Assembly (NCBI GenBank): GCA_048884785.1 | Contig: JBHLQM010000006.1 | Coordinates: 1,289 to 65,288, forward strand | Length of the DNA: 64,000 bases | Reading direction: 5' to 3' | Origin: Candidatus Thorarchaeota archaeon | GTDB taxonomy: Archaea; Asgardarchaeota; Thorarchaeia; Thorarchaeales; Thorarchaeaceae | Part shown: positions 38,004 to 47,966 of the stretch, piece by piece | How the letters are laid out: every line of letters begins with the position of its first letter | How positions within the stretch are numbered: the stretch's first letter is position 1 | Notes under the pieces: model-generated | The model's input: the letters and a program-made list of their open reading frames with translations, nothing else | Told to the model about the DNA's origin: nothing | The model's database searches: none | Position numbers and translations under genes: made by a program

Positions 38004-38765
38004 ATGCGGGCGCGCACATATTTGAGTGCCGCCACAGGTATAGTGCATCAATTGAGCCCAACAGCCAGAGATTTGCTACAGAAGATTGCCCGTGATACAG
38101 GAATCCCCTATCGCGAAATAGCGAAGCGAATTAATGATGCCATGACCAAGGGTGAGGGTTTCATTGAATCTGTACAAGCTCTAGCTAGCGAGCAGGGATT
38201 ATCTCCTGAAGAATACAAGCTGGATTCCACCAAGATTGCCAATGAAATTCGAAAAATTCTCCAAGAGGATTATTCTCAGACGCTAATGATTTCTGCAGTC
38301 CTAGGTCAGTTGCTGGAATCGAAAGGCAATGAGAGATTCCCTCCACCTGCCTTCTTTGCATTCTTAGAGATTCTTTCAGATGTAAGCGATGCACCACGAA
38401 GAGTGGGAGACACGCAACCTCAAGACATCGATGAATCAACAACTAGAGTTATCGAGTTGACTACAACTCTTGTTTCTTTGATCTGTGAATGGGGGGAAGT
38501 GGGAGTTGTAGGTGTGGCAGAAGATTGTCCAGAGAGTCTTAGGGATATCGCTAGAGCGGTATTCAGGAAAACCAAATTACTGCAATCCGGAATGTGGACA
38601 TGCGTATCATGTGGGCGAATCGTTGATGCAAAGGAGACAAGAGCGCTACTCTGTTCTGACTGTGATTCTGGACTATCTGAAAATTCGGGCTCTGATATAG
38701 TGCCTCCCCATGAGCGGGAAAGAAATGGGTACGGACGCAGCACACCCGGAAACGAAATCGATTAA
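38004..38765 (+). CDS. Hypothetical protein with C-terminal Zn ribbon
   Basis: CVSC...CSDC near the C-terminus; helical N-terminus. Confidence 0.65.
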   Translation: MRARTYLSAATGIVHQLSPTARDLLQKIARDTGIPYREIAKRINDAMTKGEGFIESVQALASEQGLSPEEYKLDSTKIANEIRKILQEDYSQTLMISAVLGQLLESKGNERFPPPAFFAFLEILSDVSDAPRRVGDTQPQDIDESTTRVIELTTTLVSLICEWGEVGVVGVAEDCPESLRDIARAVFRKTKLLQSGMWTCVSCGRIVDAKETRALLCSDCDSGLSENSGSDIVPPHERERNGYGRSTPGNEID

Positions 38766-39400
38766 TATCGTTGGAAATCCAGTCCCTTTTCCAAGAGGCT
38801 TAGTGCATCCTCAATTTGCTCGGAATAAATTATGGTGTCGTCAATCTGAATCTTTACTTCGCCCATTTCACGCTCTTCCAGAAAGAGCACAACGGGATCC
38901 AAATTGAGAGTAGGGCCCAAGCTAATAAGAGGGGCTATTAGTCCATCATAAAAATCGCTACGGCCAATGGGTACACCCATTCTCTTAAGCAACCTTTCGC
39001 CTTTATTGCTGAGAACTTGGCCAACGGTTGGCCCTTCATAACTTGATAGCGCAATAACAAATCGCGACGGGACGTTCCCTCTAAGGTAGAAGAGCATATC
39101 AGTCACCCACTCATACTCCTTCACAATGACATCCCCGAAAACAATCATCAAATCTTCAGAAATCATCCCCTGAACAGGAATGACAGGAGGTTTTATGTCA
39201 ACAGGATAACGGTTCCAAGTTGAAAAGCTGGGCGAGTTAAAGACCAAGACCGTTTCAAATGGAATGAGTTCATAGAGGCTCCTGCATATAGATTGTCCAA
39301 TTGGATTCAAACCCAATAGCACAGTATACTCTTCAGTTATCTTTCGTTTCTTGTAAACCTCGAGTATTGGAGAAATCCATTCTTGTTCGAAAGTAGGCAT
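38762..39400 (-). CDS. Proteasome assembly chaperone (PAC2/Pba)-like protein, divergent
   Basis: Pattern LLG..PIG..I..SL...S..F...P...IVFGD...G....DGL.A.L resembles the PAC2 fold. Confidence 0.5.
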   Translation of the reverse strand: MPTFEQEWISPILEVYKKRKITEEYTVLLGLNPIGQSICRSLYELIPFETVLVFNSPSFSTWNRYPVDIKPPVIPVQGMISEDLMIVFGDVIVKEYEWVTDMLFYLRGNVPSRFVIALSSYEGPTVGQVLSNKGERLLKRMGVPIGRSDFYDGLIAPLISLGPTLNLDPVVLFLEEREMGEVKIQIDDTIIYSEQIEDALSLLEKGLDFQRY

Positions 39401-39610
39401 TTGCTTTGCCCTCGTTAAATCACCCTATGTTATGGTGCATGTGAAGTACTTTCTATCTAATAATCCATTGATTAAGGTAGCTTTCAAAGTCTTTCAATAA
39501 GTATCTATTTGTATCACATTTGAGTAGTCTATCCCCATCCGATGTATTTATCTATAAGCCATAACGCGAGGCCTTTCGCCAATCACTAGGACTTTGGTGA
39601 GGTCATTTCA

Positions 39611-40960
39611 TTGGATAGCTACATCGAAAGTGTCTACAACAAAGTGGTGGAAAAAGATCCAGAACAGAAGGTCTTCCACCAAGCTGTGCTGGAGGTTCTC
39701 GAAACCCTTGAACCTGCCATCAAGAAATTTCCAATTTATAAAGAACATGCAATCCTTGAGCGAATAACTGAACCTGAGCGGGTTATTTTATTCAGGGTTC
39801 CATGGGTCGACAAGGATGGCAAGACGCGCGTGAATAGAGGTTTTAGAGTGCAATTCAACTCCGCCATAGGACCCTACAAGGGAGGTCTAAGGTTCCACCC
39901 AACCGTAAACCTTGGCGTGCTGAAGTTCCTTGGATTTGAACAAATATTCAAAAACAGTCTTACCGGACTGCCTATGGGTGGCGGCAAGGGTGGTTCTGAT
40001 TTCGACCCGAAAGGTAAAACAGATCACGAAGTCCGTGACTTCTGCTACAGCTTCATGTTTGAACTCAACAAGCACATTGGTCAATTCACTGATGTACCAG
40101 CCGGGGATATTGGTGTCGGTGGTCGTGAAATTGGATTTCTCTATGGTGCCTATAGGAAAATCACTGACCAACATGGCACATGCGTTCTCACAGGAAAAGG
40201 AGCACGTTGGGGTGGCTCATTAATTCGTCCTGAAGCCACTGGATATGGATGTGTCTATTTTGTTCAAGAAATGCTCAAGACACGAAATGAGAGCATGAAT
40301 GGAAAAATCGCCGTAATTTCGGGATCAGGCAACGTCGCGCAATTTGCTGCAGAGAAGTGCATAGATCTTGGTGCGAAAGTCATTGCTATGAGTGATTCAA
40401 GCGGCTGGATACATGATCCGCAAGGCATCAACAAGGAGAAGCTTGCTTGGCTAATAGATTTGAAGAATGTTCGTAGAGGACGAATCAAAGAGTACGCAGA
40501 TCACTTCAAGGGTGTAACATATTCGGCTTCCAGTAGCCCGTGGGAGTTGAAGTGCGATATCGCCCTTCCAAGCGCTACTCAGAATGAAGTTGATGCAAAC
40601 GAAGCTAAGAATCTTGTCGACAATGGAGTGCTTGCAGTTGGAGAAGGTGCAAACATGCCAACGGTTCCTGAAGGTGTTGAAATATTCCTGAAGAGCAAAA
40701 TCCTCTATGGGCCTGGAAAAGCGGCTAATGCCGGAGGTGTTTCTGTATCCGGTTTAGAGATGGCACAAAATAGCCAGCGCTTCTTCTGGACACGTGAGGA
40801 AGTTGATCAAAAACTTGGTCAGATTATGTTCAACATCCATAAGGCAGCCTATGATACTGCAGAGCTATTTGGCGACAAGGGCAACTACGTCCTTGGTGCA
40901 AATATTGCTGGTTTCTTGAAGGTTGCAGATGCGATGGTTGATCAAGGCTTCTTGATGTAA
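39611..40960 (+). CDS. gdhA: NAD(P)-specific glutamate dehydrogenase
   Basis: GPYKGGLRFH, MGGGKGG, DVPAGDIG, GSGNVA, EGANMP and ANAGGV. Confidence 0.96.
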   Translation: MDSYIESVYNKVVEKDPEQKVFHQAVLEVLETLEPAIKKFPIYKEHAILERITEPERVILFRVPWVDKDGKTRVNRGFRVQFNSAIGPYKGGLRFHPTVNLGVLKFLGFEQIFKNSLTGLPMGGGKGGSDFDPKGKTDHEVRDFCYSFMFELNKHIGQFTDVPAGDIGVGGREIGFLYGAYRKITDQHGTCVLTGKGARWGGSLIRPEATGYGCVYFVQEMLKTRNESMNGKIAVISGSGNVAQFAAEKCIDLGAKVIAMSDSSGWIHDPQGINKEKLAWLIDLKNVRRGRIKEYADHFKGVTYSASSSPWELKCDIALPSATQNEVDANEAKNLVDNGVLAVGEGANMPTVPEGVEIFLKSKILYGPGKAANAGGVSVSGLEMAQNSQRFFWTREEVDQKLGQIMFNIHKAAYDTAELFGDKGNYVLGANIAGFLKVADAMVDQGFLM

Positions 40961-40967
40961 TTCATCT

Positions 40968-41010
40968 AATTGCAGGACCTTTTCTTTGGTTCTGCAGTTG
41001 TTTAATTTTC
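40968..41010. terminator. Hairpin between convergent genes
   Basis: AATTGCAGGACC / GGTTCTGCAGTT stem followed by T-rich sequence. Confidence 0.5.
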
Positions 41011-41023
41011 AAAAATCAATGGA

Positions 41024-41629
41024 CTAGCTTCGGATAATCTCTAGGAGTTCTCCAAGGCGCCTTTTAACGTCGCTCTCCACGGTACTCAATTCAGCAAGGC
41101 TTCTGATTTGATCTACTTGTGCCTTTCTGTAGTCTGCATCACCGATTTCATTTTTTCTTCTCTTGAGTTCCAGAGAATTCATTTCTCTATTGATTTCATT
41201 CCTTCTGTCTGCTACTAGTTCGAACCCCTGCTTCAATGACATCCATTCTATCATCGCATTGCTTTTTTCCTGCTCAATTCTTTCTCTACGATGTTGCTCT
41301 TCCTGCCTTTGCCTGAGCTCTTTGTTCGCTTTTCTAATCTCTTTTTGTATTTCGTAGAGGCGCGCCTCAACATCTCTCTTTACTTGAACAATCTGAGTCG
41401 AAAAAAGCCATTTCTCATGATATTGCTCCATGTGATTCTTGTCATCAATCTCTTTGCTCTCTAGTTTCCTATCTAGCTCATTAAGCTCAGCCTGAACCTC
41501 GGCAAGCTTTTCTTTTACTTCTGAGTATGATTTCCTCAATGCCACCCATTCAACTGAATACTGCGATAGCACTTCCTTAGGATCCAAATAGTATTCGTCA
41601 TCTTTGGGTGCATTCAATCCATGACTCAT
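41024..41629 (-). CDS. Coiled-coil protein with internal duplication, CdvA-like
   Basis: Two repeats about 100 aa apart: EW..L....LD/LE.K..KEI/NEI.D..DV..RL.E. Confidence 0.7.
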   Translation of the reverse strand: MSHGLNAPKDDEYYLDPKEVLSQYSVEWVALRKSYSEVKEKLAEVQAELNELDRKLESKEIDDKNHMEQYHEKWLFSTQIVQVKRDVEARLYEIQKEIRKANKELRQRQEEQHRRERIEQEKSNAMIEWMSLKQGFELVADRRNEINREMNSLELKRRKNEIGDADYRKAQVDQIRSLAELSTVESDVKRRLGELLEIIRS

Positions 41630-41927
41630 TCTGAAACTTCCTGAAGGCGCTAATGTACAAGTATCTATAAATGACTTAAGGATTTGGAGTCATCCTTGAG
41701 AGTCACTCTCACTATGATTCTGAAATATTGGTTAAAAGCCCGTATTTGTTTTCTCCATTACCGCTAGTCAAGAATCATATAGGGGTTTGCTCAACCTATT
41801 ATTCCAATATGATTTATGTCTAAACACTGTATTCCGACATACTGAAAAAACAATTCCGAGTAAATACTATCTGAAACAGTCAAGATTGAGAGATTAGGGA
41901 GCAGCAAGACAGGGATGTGCTACAATT

Positions 41928-42995
41928 ATGAAGATAGAGATAGATTTGATTCCCCCAGAAAATAGAAAGCCAAAACCAAAAGATGTCTTGAACCTGGCTT
42001 TTGGTTCGATGTTCACCGACCACATGTTTATCATGGAATACAAAGATGGTGTCTGGAAGAACCCGCATATTAAACCATACACACCTCTAGCAATTGACCC
42101 AGCTGCTCTTGTGCTTCATTATGGGCAGGGAATATTCGAGGGAATGAAAGCATACCGAAGGGGAGAGAGAATATTTCTCTTTAGACCTGAAAAGAATATG
42201 GAGCGATTGAATGTATCCGCTGCAAGAATGGTGATGCCAGAGATAGATATCGACCTTGTTTTGCATGCCCTTTCAGAGCTTCTAAAAATTGAGAAAGATT
42301 GGATTCCCACTCAAAATGGAACCTCACTCTACATTCGTCCTACTATGATAGCAACAGAAACCAAACTCGGGGTCAAACCGTCATCCGAATATCTCTTCTA
42401 TATTATCCTGAGCCCAGTTGGACCCTACTTCAGGGAAGGATTCTCACCAATTGGAATTTACGTTGCTGATGAGCATGTAAGAGCGGCAAATGGAGGAACT
42501 GGTTCTGCAAAAACCATGGGAAACTATGCAGCTAGTCTCTTGGCAGGAACTCAAGCAAAACAAGCAGGATACTCTCAGGTGCTCTGGCTTGATGCAAAGG
42601 AGAGAAGGTATCTCGAAGAAGTGGGGACTATGAATATTGTTGTTGTCTTTGAGGAGGAGATTGCGACGCCGCCTTTGAGTGGAACTATCCTACCTGGGAT
42701 AACACGAGACTCTGTACTTTTGATATTGAAGGATTGGGGACACATTGTTAGGGAAAGGCAGATTTCTATCGATGAGGTTCTCGAAGGTATCTCTACAGGT
42801 AAAGTGAAGGAGATATTTGGATGCGGGACAGCTGCCATAATTGCTCCAGTGGGTGCTCTGTGCTACCGAAACGCTGAGTATTGCGTTGCAAACGGGGAGA
42901 TTGGATCTCTTACTCAGAAGTTATTCGACTACCTAACTGGGGTTCAATGTGGTGAGGTTGATGACAAATTCCGGTGGGTCTATGAAGTTCTCTAA
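41928..42995 (+). CDS. ilvE: Branched-chain amino acid aminotransferase
   Basis: FTDHM, LHYGQGIFEGMKAY, LYIRP, KTMGNYA (PLP Lys), EEVGTMN, LPGITR and GTAA. Confidence 0.95.
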   Translation: MKIEIDLIPPENRKPKPKDVLNLAFGSMFTDHMFIMEYKDGVWKNPHIKPYTPLAIDPAALVLHYGQGIFEGMKAYRRGERIFLFRPEKNMERLNVSAARMVMPEIDIDLVLHALSELLKIEKDWIPTQNGTSLYIRPTMIATETKLGVKPSSEYLFYIILSPVGPYFREGFSPIGIYVADEHVRAANGGTGSAKTMGNYAASLLAGTQAKQAGYSQVLWLDAKERRYLEEVGTMNIVVVFEEEIATPPLSGTILPGITRDSVLLILKDWGHIVRERQISIDEVLEGISTGKVKEIFGCGTAAIIAPVGALCYRNAEYCVANGEIGSLTQKLFDYLTGVQCGEVDDKFRWVYEVL

Positions 42996-43017
42996 TTCAC
43001 ACTAATTCGCACTAGAG

Positions 43018-43470
43018 CTAATCAATGGAATCTCTTTCTGCATCTGACATTGGTGGGGAATCATCCTCAAGATCATCCCATGCAGGTGGAGGATCAAGAT
43101 ACGCCTCATTCGGAATGGTTTCATCCGTTCTCTCATCCGAGGATTCTTCTGCAGAAGTGTCTTCATATGATGCCTCAAATTCGCTGATTTCTTCCTCAAT
43201 TGAAATGTCTTCTGGAGTTACTAGTTCTTCCTCCTCCTCCTCTTCGTATTCCTCATCTTCAGCAGGAAGTTTCAAAGTCGCCACAAGTTTTCCATGTTCG
43301 ATTTTTTCAAGTAGCAGTCTGAACATTCGTTCTACAACGACACTTCTTCCCTTTGCCTCAAATTCAATGTTGCCGATTTCAAATTCAACCTCTGCATAAT
43401 CGGACTTGTCCTTTTTCCTATCATGCTTATCTGACATTTCTCCGTTCATGGAACTACCCATGTGTGCCAT
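43018..43470 (-). CDS. Hypothetical protein with highly acidic, low-complexity C-terminus
   Basis: Small beta-hairpin/helix core followed by an E/D/P-rich tail. Confidence 0.65.
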   Translation of the reverse strand: MAHMGSSMNGEMSDKHDRKKDKSDYAEVEFEIGNIEFEAKGRSVVVERMFRLLLEKIEHGKLVATLKLPAEDEEYEEEEEEELVTPEDISIEEEISEFEASYEDTSAEESSDERTDETIPNEAYLDPPPAWDDLEDDSPPMSDAERDSID

Positions 43471-43538
43471 AATATGATAACCTAATAAAGGCTACACACA
43501 CTCTCGCCTTTGCTCTAGCTAAAGCTTATAGAGCCGTA

Positions 43539-44075
43539 ATGATTGATAGGAATTCCCAAAAGGTGTTACACGTGCCATTTCAGCTATCTGTTGATTACAC
43601 CAAATGTACGGGTTGTAGAATCTGTGAGCTTGCATGTACGGCAAGAAATGAGGGCCGTTTTCAACCAAGTCTTGCCCGACTCAAGATCGTCAAATATGAT
43701 GATCTCGGACTCGATATACCCAATGTTTGTGGACCCTGTGAACAGGCACCTTGTGTTGATATCTGTCCGGTTTATGCAATTAGAAAAAACCCAATCTCAA
43801 AGATGACCTATCTGGAAGAAGATAGGTGTATTCTCTGTAAATCATGTGTTGGTGTATGTGTAAATGGTGTTATTCTCCTTGATACTGAATCAATGCGAAT
43901 CATCAAGTGTGACCATTGTGGTGGCAAGCCTGAGTGTGCTGAAGTCTGCCCAACAGGGGCAATCCAATACGGTCCCGCTTCAAAATTGACAACCATAGAT
44001 CGCCATGGTAAGCTATCATCCTATCTAGCAGAAATTCGCAGAACCGCAAAAGCTAAGGAACAAGGTGGCACTTGA
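43539..44075 (+). CDS. 4Fe-4S ferredoxin-type electron-transfer subunit (DmsB/CooF-like)
   Basis: Four Cys clusters (CTGCRICELAC, CGPC..PC..CP, CILCKSC..C, CDHC..C..CP); overlaps the AOR start. Confidence 0.92.
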   Translation: MIDRNSQKVLHVPFQLSVDYTKCTGCRICELACTARNEGRFQPSLARLKIVKYDDLGLDIPNVCGPCEQAPCVDICPVYAIRKNPISKMTYLEEDRCILCKSCVGVCVNGVILLDTESMRIIKCDHCGGKPECAEVCPTGAIQYGPASKLTTIDRHGKLSSYLAEIRRTAKAKEQGGT

Positions 44076-45961
44076 TTATGAAACGAGGTGGATATACAAG
44101 GAGAATTCTAAGAGTCCATCTTGATACCAGGTCTTTTCACATCGATCCCCTCCCTTCTGATTGGATACGAGATTATATTGGAGGTGATGGATTTGCAGCT
44201 AGAATACTATACAATGAGGTTCCTGCTAGGGCTGATCCTCTCGGAGTGGAGAATAAACTTCTTGTTGCAACAGGTCCAATTACTGGCACTCTGTGGCCAA
44301 TGAGTGGTAGAACAGTATTCATTTCAAAAGCTGCACAGACCGGTATCTGGGGGGAGAGTCATGTTGGGGGCTTCTTGGGTGCAGAGTTGAAATACGCTGG
44401 ATTTGACATTCTAATTATTGAAGGTCAATCAGAGAAACCTGTCTATATCTTGGTAAATGATTCGGATCTTGAAATTGTAAGTGCTAAGGAAATATGGGGC
44501 ATGAAAACTGATGAGGCCACCTCATATATTAGGAAACGTCACAAAGACCCTGATATCCAGATTGGCGCTATCGGTCCAGCCGGAGAAAATAAGGTTCGTT
44601 TCGCTTCGATAATTGTGAACAATGCTAGAGCGGCTGGTCGCACTGGAATGGGCGCCGTCTTGGGCTCAAAAAATGTAAAGGCTATTGCAATAAGGGGGCA
44701 TGGCGGAATCACTGTATCTGACCATGAGCATTTTGTCGAATTAGCCAAGAAAGCACACATGAGAGTCAGAGAGAATCCTCAAGCTCGCGAAATGGGGAAA
44801 TGGGGTACCTGGATTCTTACGGCAGTAAAGCAGGAAATTGGAGAATTGCCTACGTTCAATCATAGAACCGGCGTGTTCTCGGGATGGGACCGACTTACTG
44901 GAGAGTACATCCGACCTCGATATACAATTAGTGATAGGGCCTGCTTTGGATGCAGCCTTGGTTGCAAGAAAGTGAATTATATACCGCATGGCACCTATGC
45001 CGGTACACTTGAAGAAGGACCGGAATATGAGGGGGTCATGGCATTTGGCAGTCTCCTCGGAATTGATGATTATCCTACAACTCTGAAGGCTAATCAGATA
45101 TGTAATAAATTTGGAATGGATATTATATCCGCAGGAGCGACGATTGCCTTTGCCATGGAGCTCTTTGAGAAGAAGATAATCGATTTATCTGATACTGGAG
45201 GAATTGCTCTTGAATGGGGGGACGGGGAGCAAGCAATTCAACTACTCGAGATGATGGGCAAACGTGAGGGATTCGGTGAAGTCTTGGCCGAAGGAACCAA
45301 GATTGCCGCAGAAAAAATAGGGAAAGGCGCAGAGGAATTTGCCATTCATGTCAAAGGCCTAGAGGTTTCAGGTCAAGATGGGCGAACTCATCGCAGTATA
45401 GGACTATCCCATGCAACTGGAGCACGTGGAGCTGACCATCTGAGGTCTCTCGTTGTTGTTGATCAACTCGGATATGAACAGGTTGCCTCTGAGAGATGGG
45501 GTCGAGACAAGATTCCGGAGATACTCAATCCCTATATTGAGAAATACAAGGCAATTGCAGTTCATGAGAGTGAGAATGCCTACGCAATTCGCGACACCCT
45601 GATTGTGTGTTGGTATTCTGTTTCTTGGCCCCCTATATTCTGGATGAAGGACTTTGCTGAGATGTTGCCTTCTGTAACAGGGGAAAAAGAGCTTGGCAGT
45701 GTTGATAACCTGACTGAGATCGCTGAAAGACAAGTCACTCTCAAGCGTCTCTTTAATGCTCGAGAAGGCATCGATAGAAATGACGACATTCTTCCAAAAC
45801 GATTCACTCAGGAACCTATGCCGGAAGGACCTGGTAAAGGTCAGGTTGTTGATCTGGAACCTATGCTTAATGACTACTATAGACTGAGAGGCTGGGATAA
45901 AGATACAGGACTTCCCACAAAGGATACCATAAAGAAACTGAACCTGGGCTGGACACAATAG
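44072..45961 (+). CDS. aor: Tungsten-type aldehyde:ferredoxin oxidoreductase family enzyme
   Basis: YIGG.G, LKYAGFD, IGPAGE, AGRTGMGAVLGSKNVKA, CFGC..GC, GPEYE, RGADH and YYRLRGW. Confidence 0.92.
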   Translation: MIMKRGGYTRRILRVHLDTRSFHIDPLPSDWIRDYIGGDGFAARILYNEVPARADPLGVENKLLVATGPITGTLWPMSGRTVFISKAAQTGIWGESHVGGFLGAELKYAGFDILIIEGQSEKPVYILVNDSDLEIVSAKEIWGMKTDEATSYIRKRHKDPDIQIGAIGPAGENKVRFASIIVNNARAAGRTGMGAVLGSKNVKAIAIRGHGGITVSDHEHFVELAKKAHMRVRENPQAREMGKWGTWILTAVKQEIGELPTFNHRTGVFSGWDRLTGEYIRPRYTISDRACFGCSLGCKKVNYIPHGTYAGTLEEGPEYEGVMAFGSLLGIDDYPTTLKANQICNKFGMDIISAGATIAFAMELFEKKIIDLSDTGGIALEWGDGEQAIQLLEMMGKREGFGEVLAEGTKIAAEKIGKGAEEFAIHVKGLEVSGQDGRTHRSIGLSHATGARGADHLRSLVVVDQLGYEQVASERWGRDKIPEILNPYIEKYKAIAVHESENAYAIRDTLIVCWYSVSWPPIFWMKDFAEMLPSVTGEKELGSVDNLTEIAERQVTLKRLFNAREGIDRNDDILPKRFTQEPMPEGPGKGQVVDLEPMLNDYYRLRGWDKDTGLPTKDTIKKLNLGWTQ

Positions 45962-45977
45962 AACCAGTTGCCCATGG

Positions 45978-46187
45978 CTACCTCGGAATAGAGATGTAAA
46001 GAATGTCTTCGTAACCGAGTATTCCGAATCCAGATGGATTCTCCAAGCGGATATAACCCTCGAACACCTCGTTTACACGCACGTTCGGTATCTTTGCTAG
46101 AGTGTCTTTTTGCATATAGCGAAGATAAATAGTGAAGACTTGCTGAGTCTGTTTCAATTCCTGGAATATAGCTCGCCAATCGGGCAT
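45978..46187 (-). CDS. Small conserved-looking hypothetical protein, possible Sm/SH3-like barrel
   Basis: GGAGG SD before the ATG; a helix followed by about five beta strands; 69 aa. Confidence 0.65.
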   Translation of the reverse strand: MPDWRAIFQELKQTQQVFTIYLRYMQKDTLAKIPNVRVNEVFEGYIRLENPSGFGILGYEDILYISIPR

Positions 46188-46257
46188 TATTGTTTCCTCC
46201 TGGTCTGAATCCTACCCAGCTGTTGAGCATTTAACAGTTATCTATGATGTAATTTCC

Positions 46258-46746
46258 TTACTTCGGGGTCTCTATTGAATATCTTCTTGGTGTCAATCCG
46301 ATTTGTCTAAACCCATTCTCTACATTCCGAATGGGATTCTTCTCTCCCACATATCGAAGGACGTGAGTTGAACAGGATTCCTGGCAATCAGATGATCCAA
46401 ATCCTCTTGGTCCCCATTGAAAGGGGCCTACATCAGCAAGAGACCTGATTAATATGCATTCCTTCTTTCCATTAGATTCAGCCCAGATTGCCTCCTTGGA
46501 GGAGATTTCATCAGACAGAAGGTGATCAATGTGCCAGTGAATTTTCTTTTTTTTTCTGAAATGACGACGTAATCTATTTTCTAGATTTGTTGAGCCCAAT
46601 CCCTGCGCGGATCCAATATAGATCCAATAGCCAGATGTAAATTCGAAAGCTCTACCGGATTCTAGCAGGATTTTAACATCTCTCCTGAGATGGACGATTA
46701 AGGCATAGACGCCCCTCATTTCAGCATTCACTCCTGCAGGATTCAT
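46258..46746 (-). CDS. DUF123 / Uri-superfamily (GIY-YIG) nuclease
   Basis: GVYAL, YIGSA, RLRRH, HWHID, EC and GFGSSDC..C.TH. Confidence 0.88.
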   Translation of the reverse strand: MNPAGVNAEMRGVYALIVHLRRDVKILLESGRAFEFTSGYWIYIGSAQGLGSTNLENRLRRHFRKKKKIHWHIDHLLSDEISSKEAIWAESNGKKECILIRSLADVGPFQWGPRGFGSSDCQESCSTHVLRYVGEKNPIRNVENGFRQIGLTPRRYSIETPK

Positions 46747-46900
46747 TCCTACCTCTTTTGTATATTAGCAAAGAGCACTGACCTGTTTTCAGGCTTGTTT
46801 CCTTTTCATGTTTCTTTGCGAACACGGCCTGCTATCTTTCTATTGTTGCTCAACAGTCGATATTGTCATAAGTACATTAGAAGATACATCCTATTGAACA

Positions 46901-47848
46901 ATGCACGCTAGTGAAATTGTCCCGGGGGTATACACGGCAAAGGGTAAGTTTGCCGATGAATTTGGCTTCATTTCAAGCTATGTGATAATAGACAATGAAG
47001 CAGCAATTATCATTGATCCCGGAACTGCTGGTGATCCTGGGAAGGAATTGCTTGAATTCATTCGTGAACGGGGTATCAATCCCAAAAGTGATGTCGTCGC
47101 CATCCTATGCACTCATGGCCATCCTGATCATATTGGAGGAGCTGGAATTCTGAAGCGGATAACTGGGGCCCCCATCATGATTCATGAGGCTGATGCAGAA
47201 ATGGTTTCAAATCCCACTCTGTTCATCAAGGAACGGCTCAGTCTTGATTTCGCCGGCAGGATGTCTATGAAGATTGACCGCGGCCCTCTCCGCGTAAATT
47301 ATCATCCAGCTCAAGTTGATAGGAAACTACGAGAAGGTGATACCATATCTGTTGGAAACACTACTCTAGAGGTTCTTCATACAGGTGGACATTCTGCAGG
47401 TCACTGTGCATTCTATGATTCATCTCGTGGAATTCTCTTCAGTGGAGATGAGGTGAACAACTTCCCAAACGACCCGAGAAAATTCTATGTTGACCTAAGT
47501 GGAAGCCTTGCCCTAAGGAGGGCGGGAATCGAAAGACTAGCAAAACTATCTTGCAGTTATCTACTGCCTTCTCATGATGTGCCTCACCTACTGAATGAAG
47601 TCTCTCTTCAATTCAAGGATGCAAGCGATGCAGTACTTCAGTTTCAGGATACCGTATTGAGTCATCTGCAATCTAGAGGCGAGGCTGACTTGGAACAGAT
47701 GGTTTTTGATATTCAACAGGCAAGAAGTATAGCTACTCCCACTGATGCATATGGACTCTTCACTACCACTCTAAAGGTTTGTTTGAGAGATTTGGCAAGC
47801 GCAGGTCTTGCTAGATCAGATGGAAACGACATTTGGCGGCTCGCATAG
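46901..47848 (+). CDS. Metallo-beta-lactamase-fold hydrolase
   Basis: IDPG, THGHPDHIGG, GHSAGH, FSGD and PSH. Confidence 0.9.
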   Translation: MHASEIVPGVYTAKGKFADEFGFISSYVIIDNEAAIIIDPGTAGDPGKELLEFIRERGINPKSDVVAILCTHGHPDHIGGAGILKRITGAPIMIHEADAEMVSNPTLFIKERLSLDFAGRMSMKIDRGPLRVNYHPAQVDRKLREGDTISVGNTTLEVLHTGGHSAGHCAFYDSSRGILFSGDEVNNFPNDPRKFYVDLSGSLALRRAGIERLAKLSCSYLLPSHDVPHLLNEVSLQFKDASDAVLQFQDTVLSHLQSRGEADLEQMVFDIQQARSIATPTDAYGLFTTTLKVCLRDLASAGLARSDGNDIWRLA

Positions 47849-47966
47849 ATAATCACTACATTCAAGCTATATTCAAAAACTTGGTTGCAGACACTTCGCA
47901 ATGTGACGTAATGAGTTCATTCTGAATCCGCGTCTTTCTTGTCAAATCCATGAAGGGACCATCCAA

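Noticed and set aside
43018-43470. Acidic disordered protein as a Pup-like tag for the GCS2-type ligase
   Set aside because: No C-terminal GG[E/Q], and it lies ~37 kb from the ligase.
46258-46746. GIY-YIG nuclease as a mobile homing endonuclease
   Set aside because: Matches the stand-alone archaeal DUF123 type; no intron, intein or terminal repeats.
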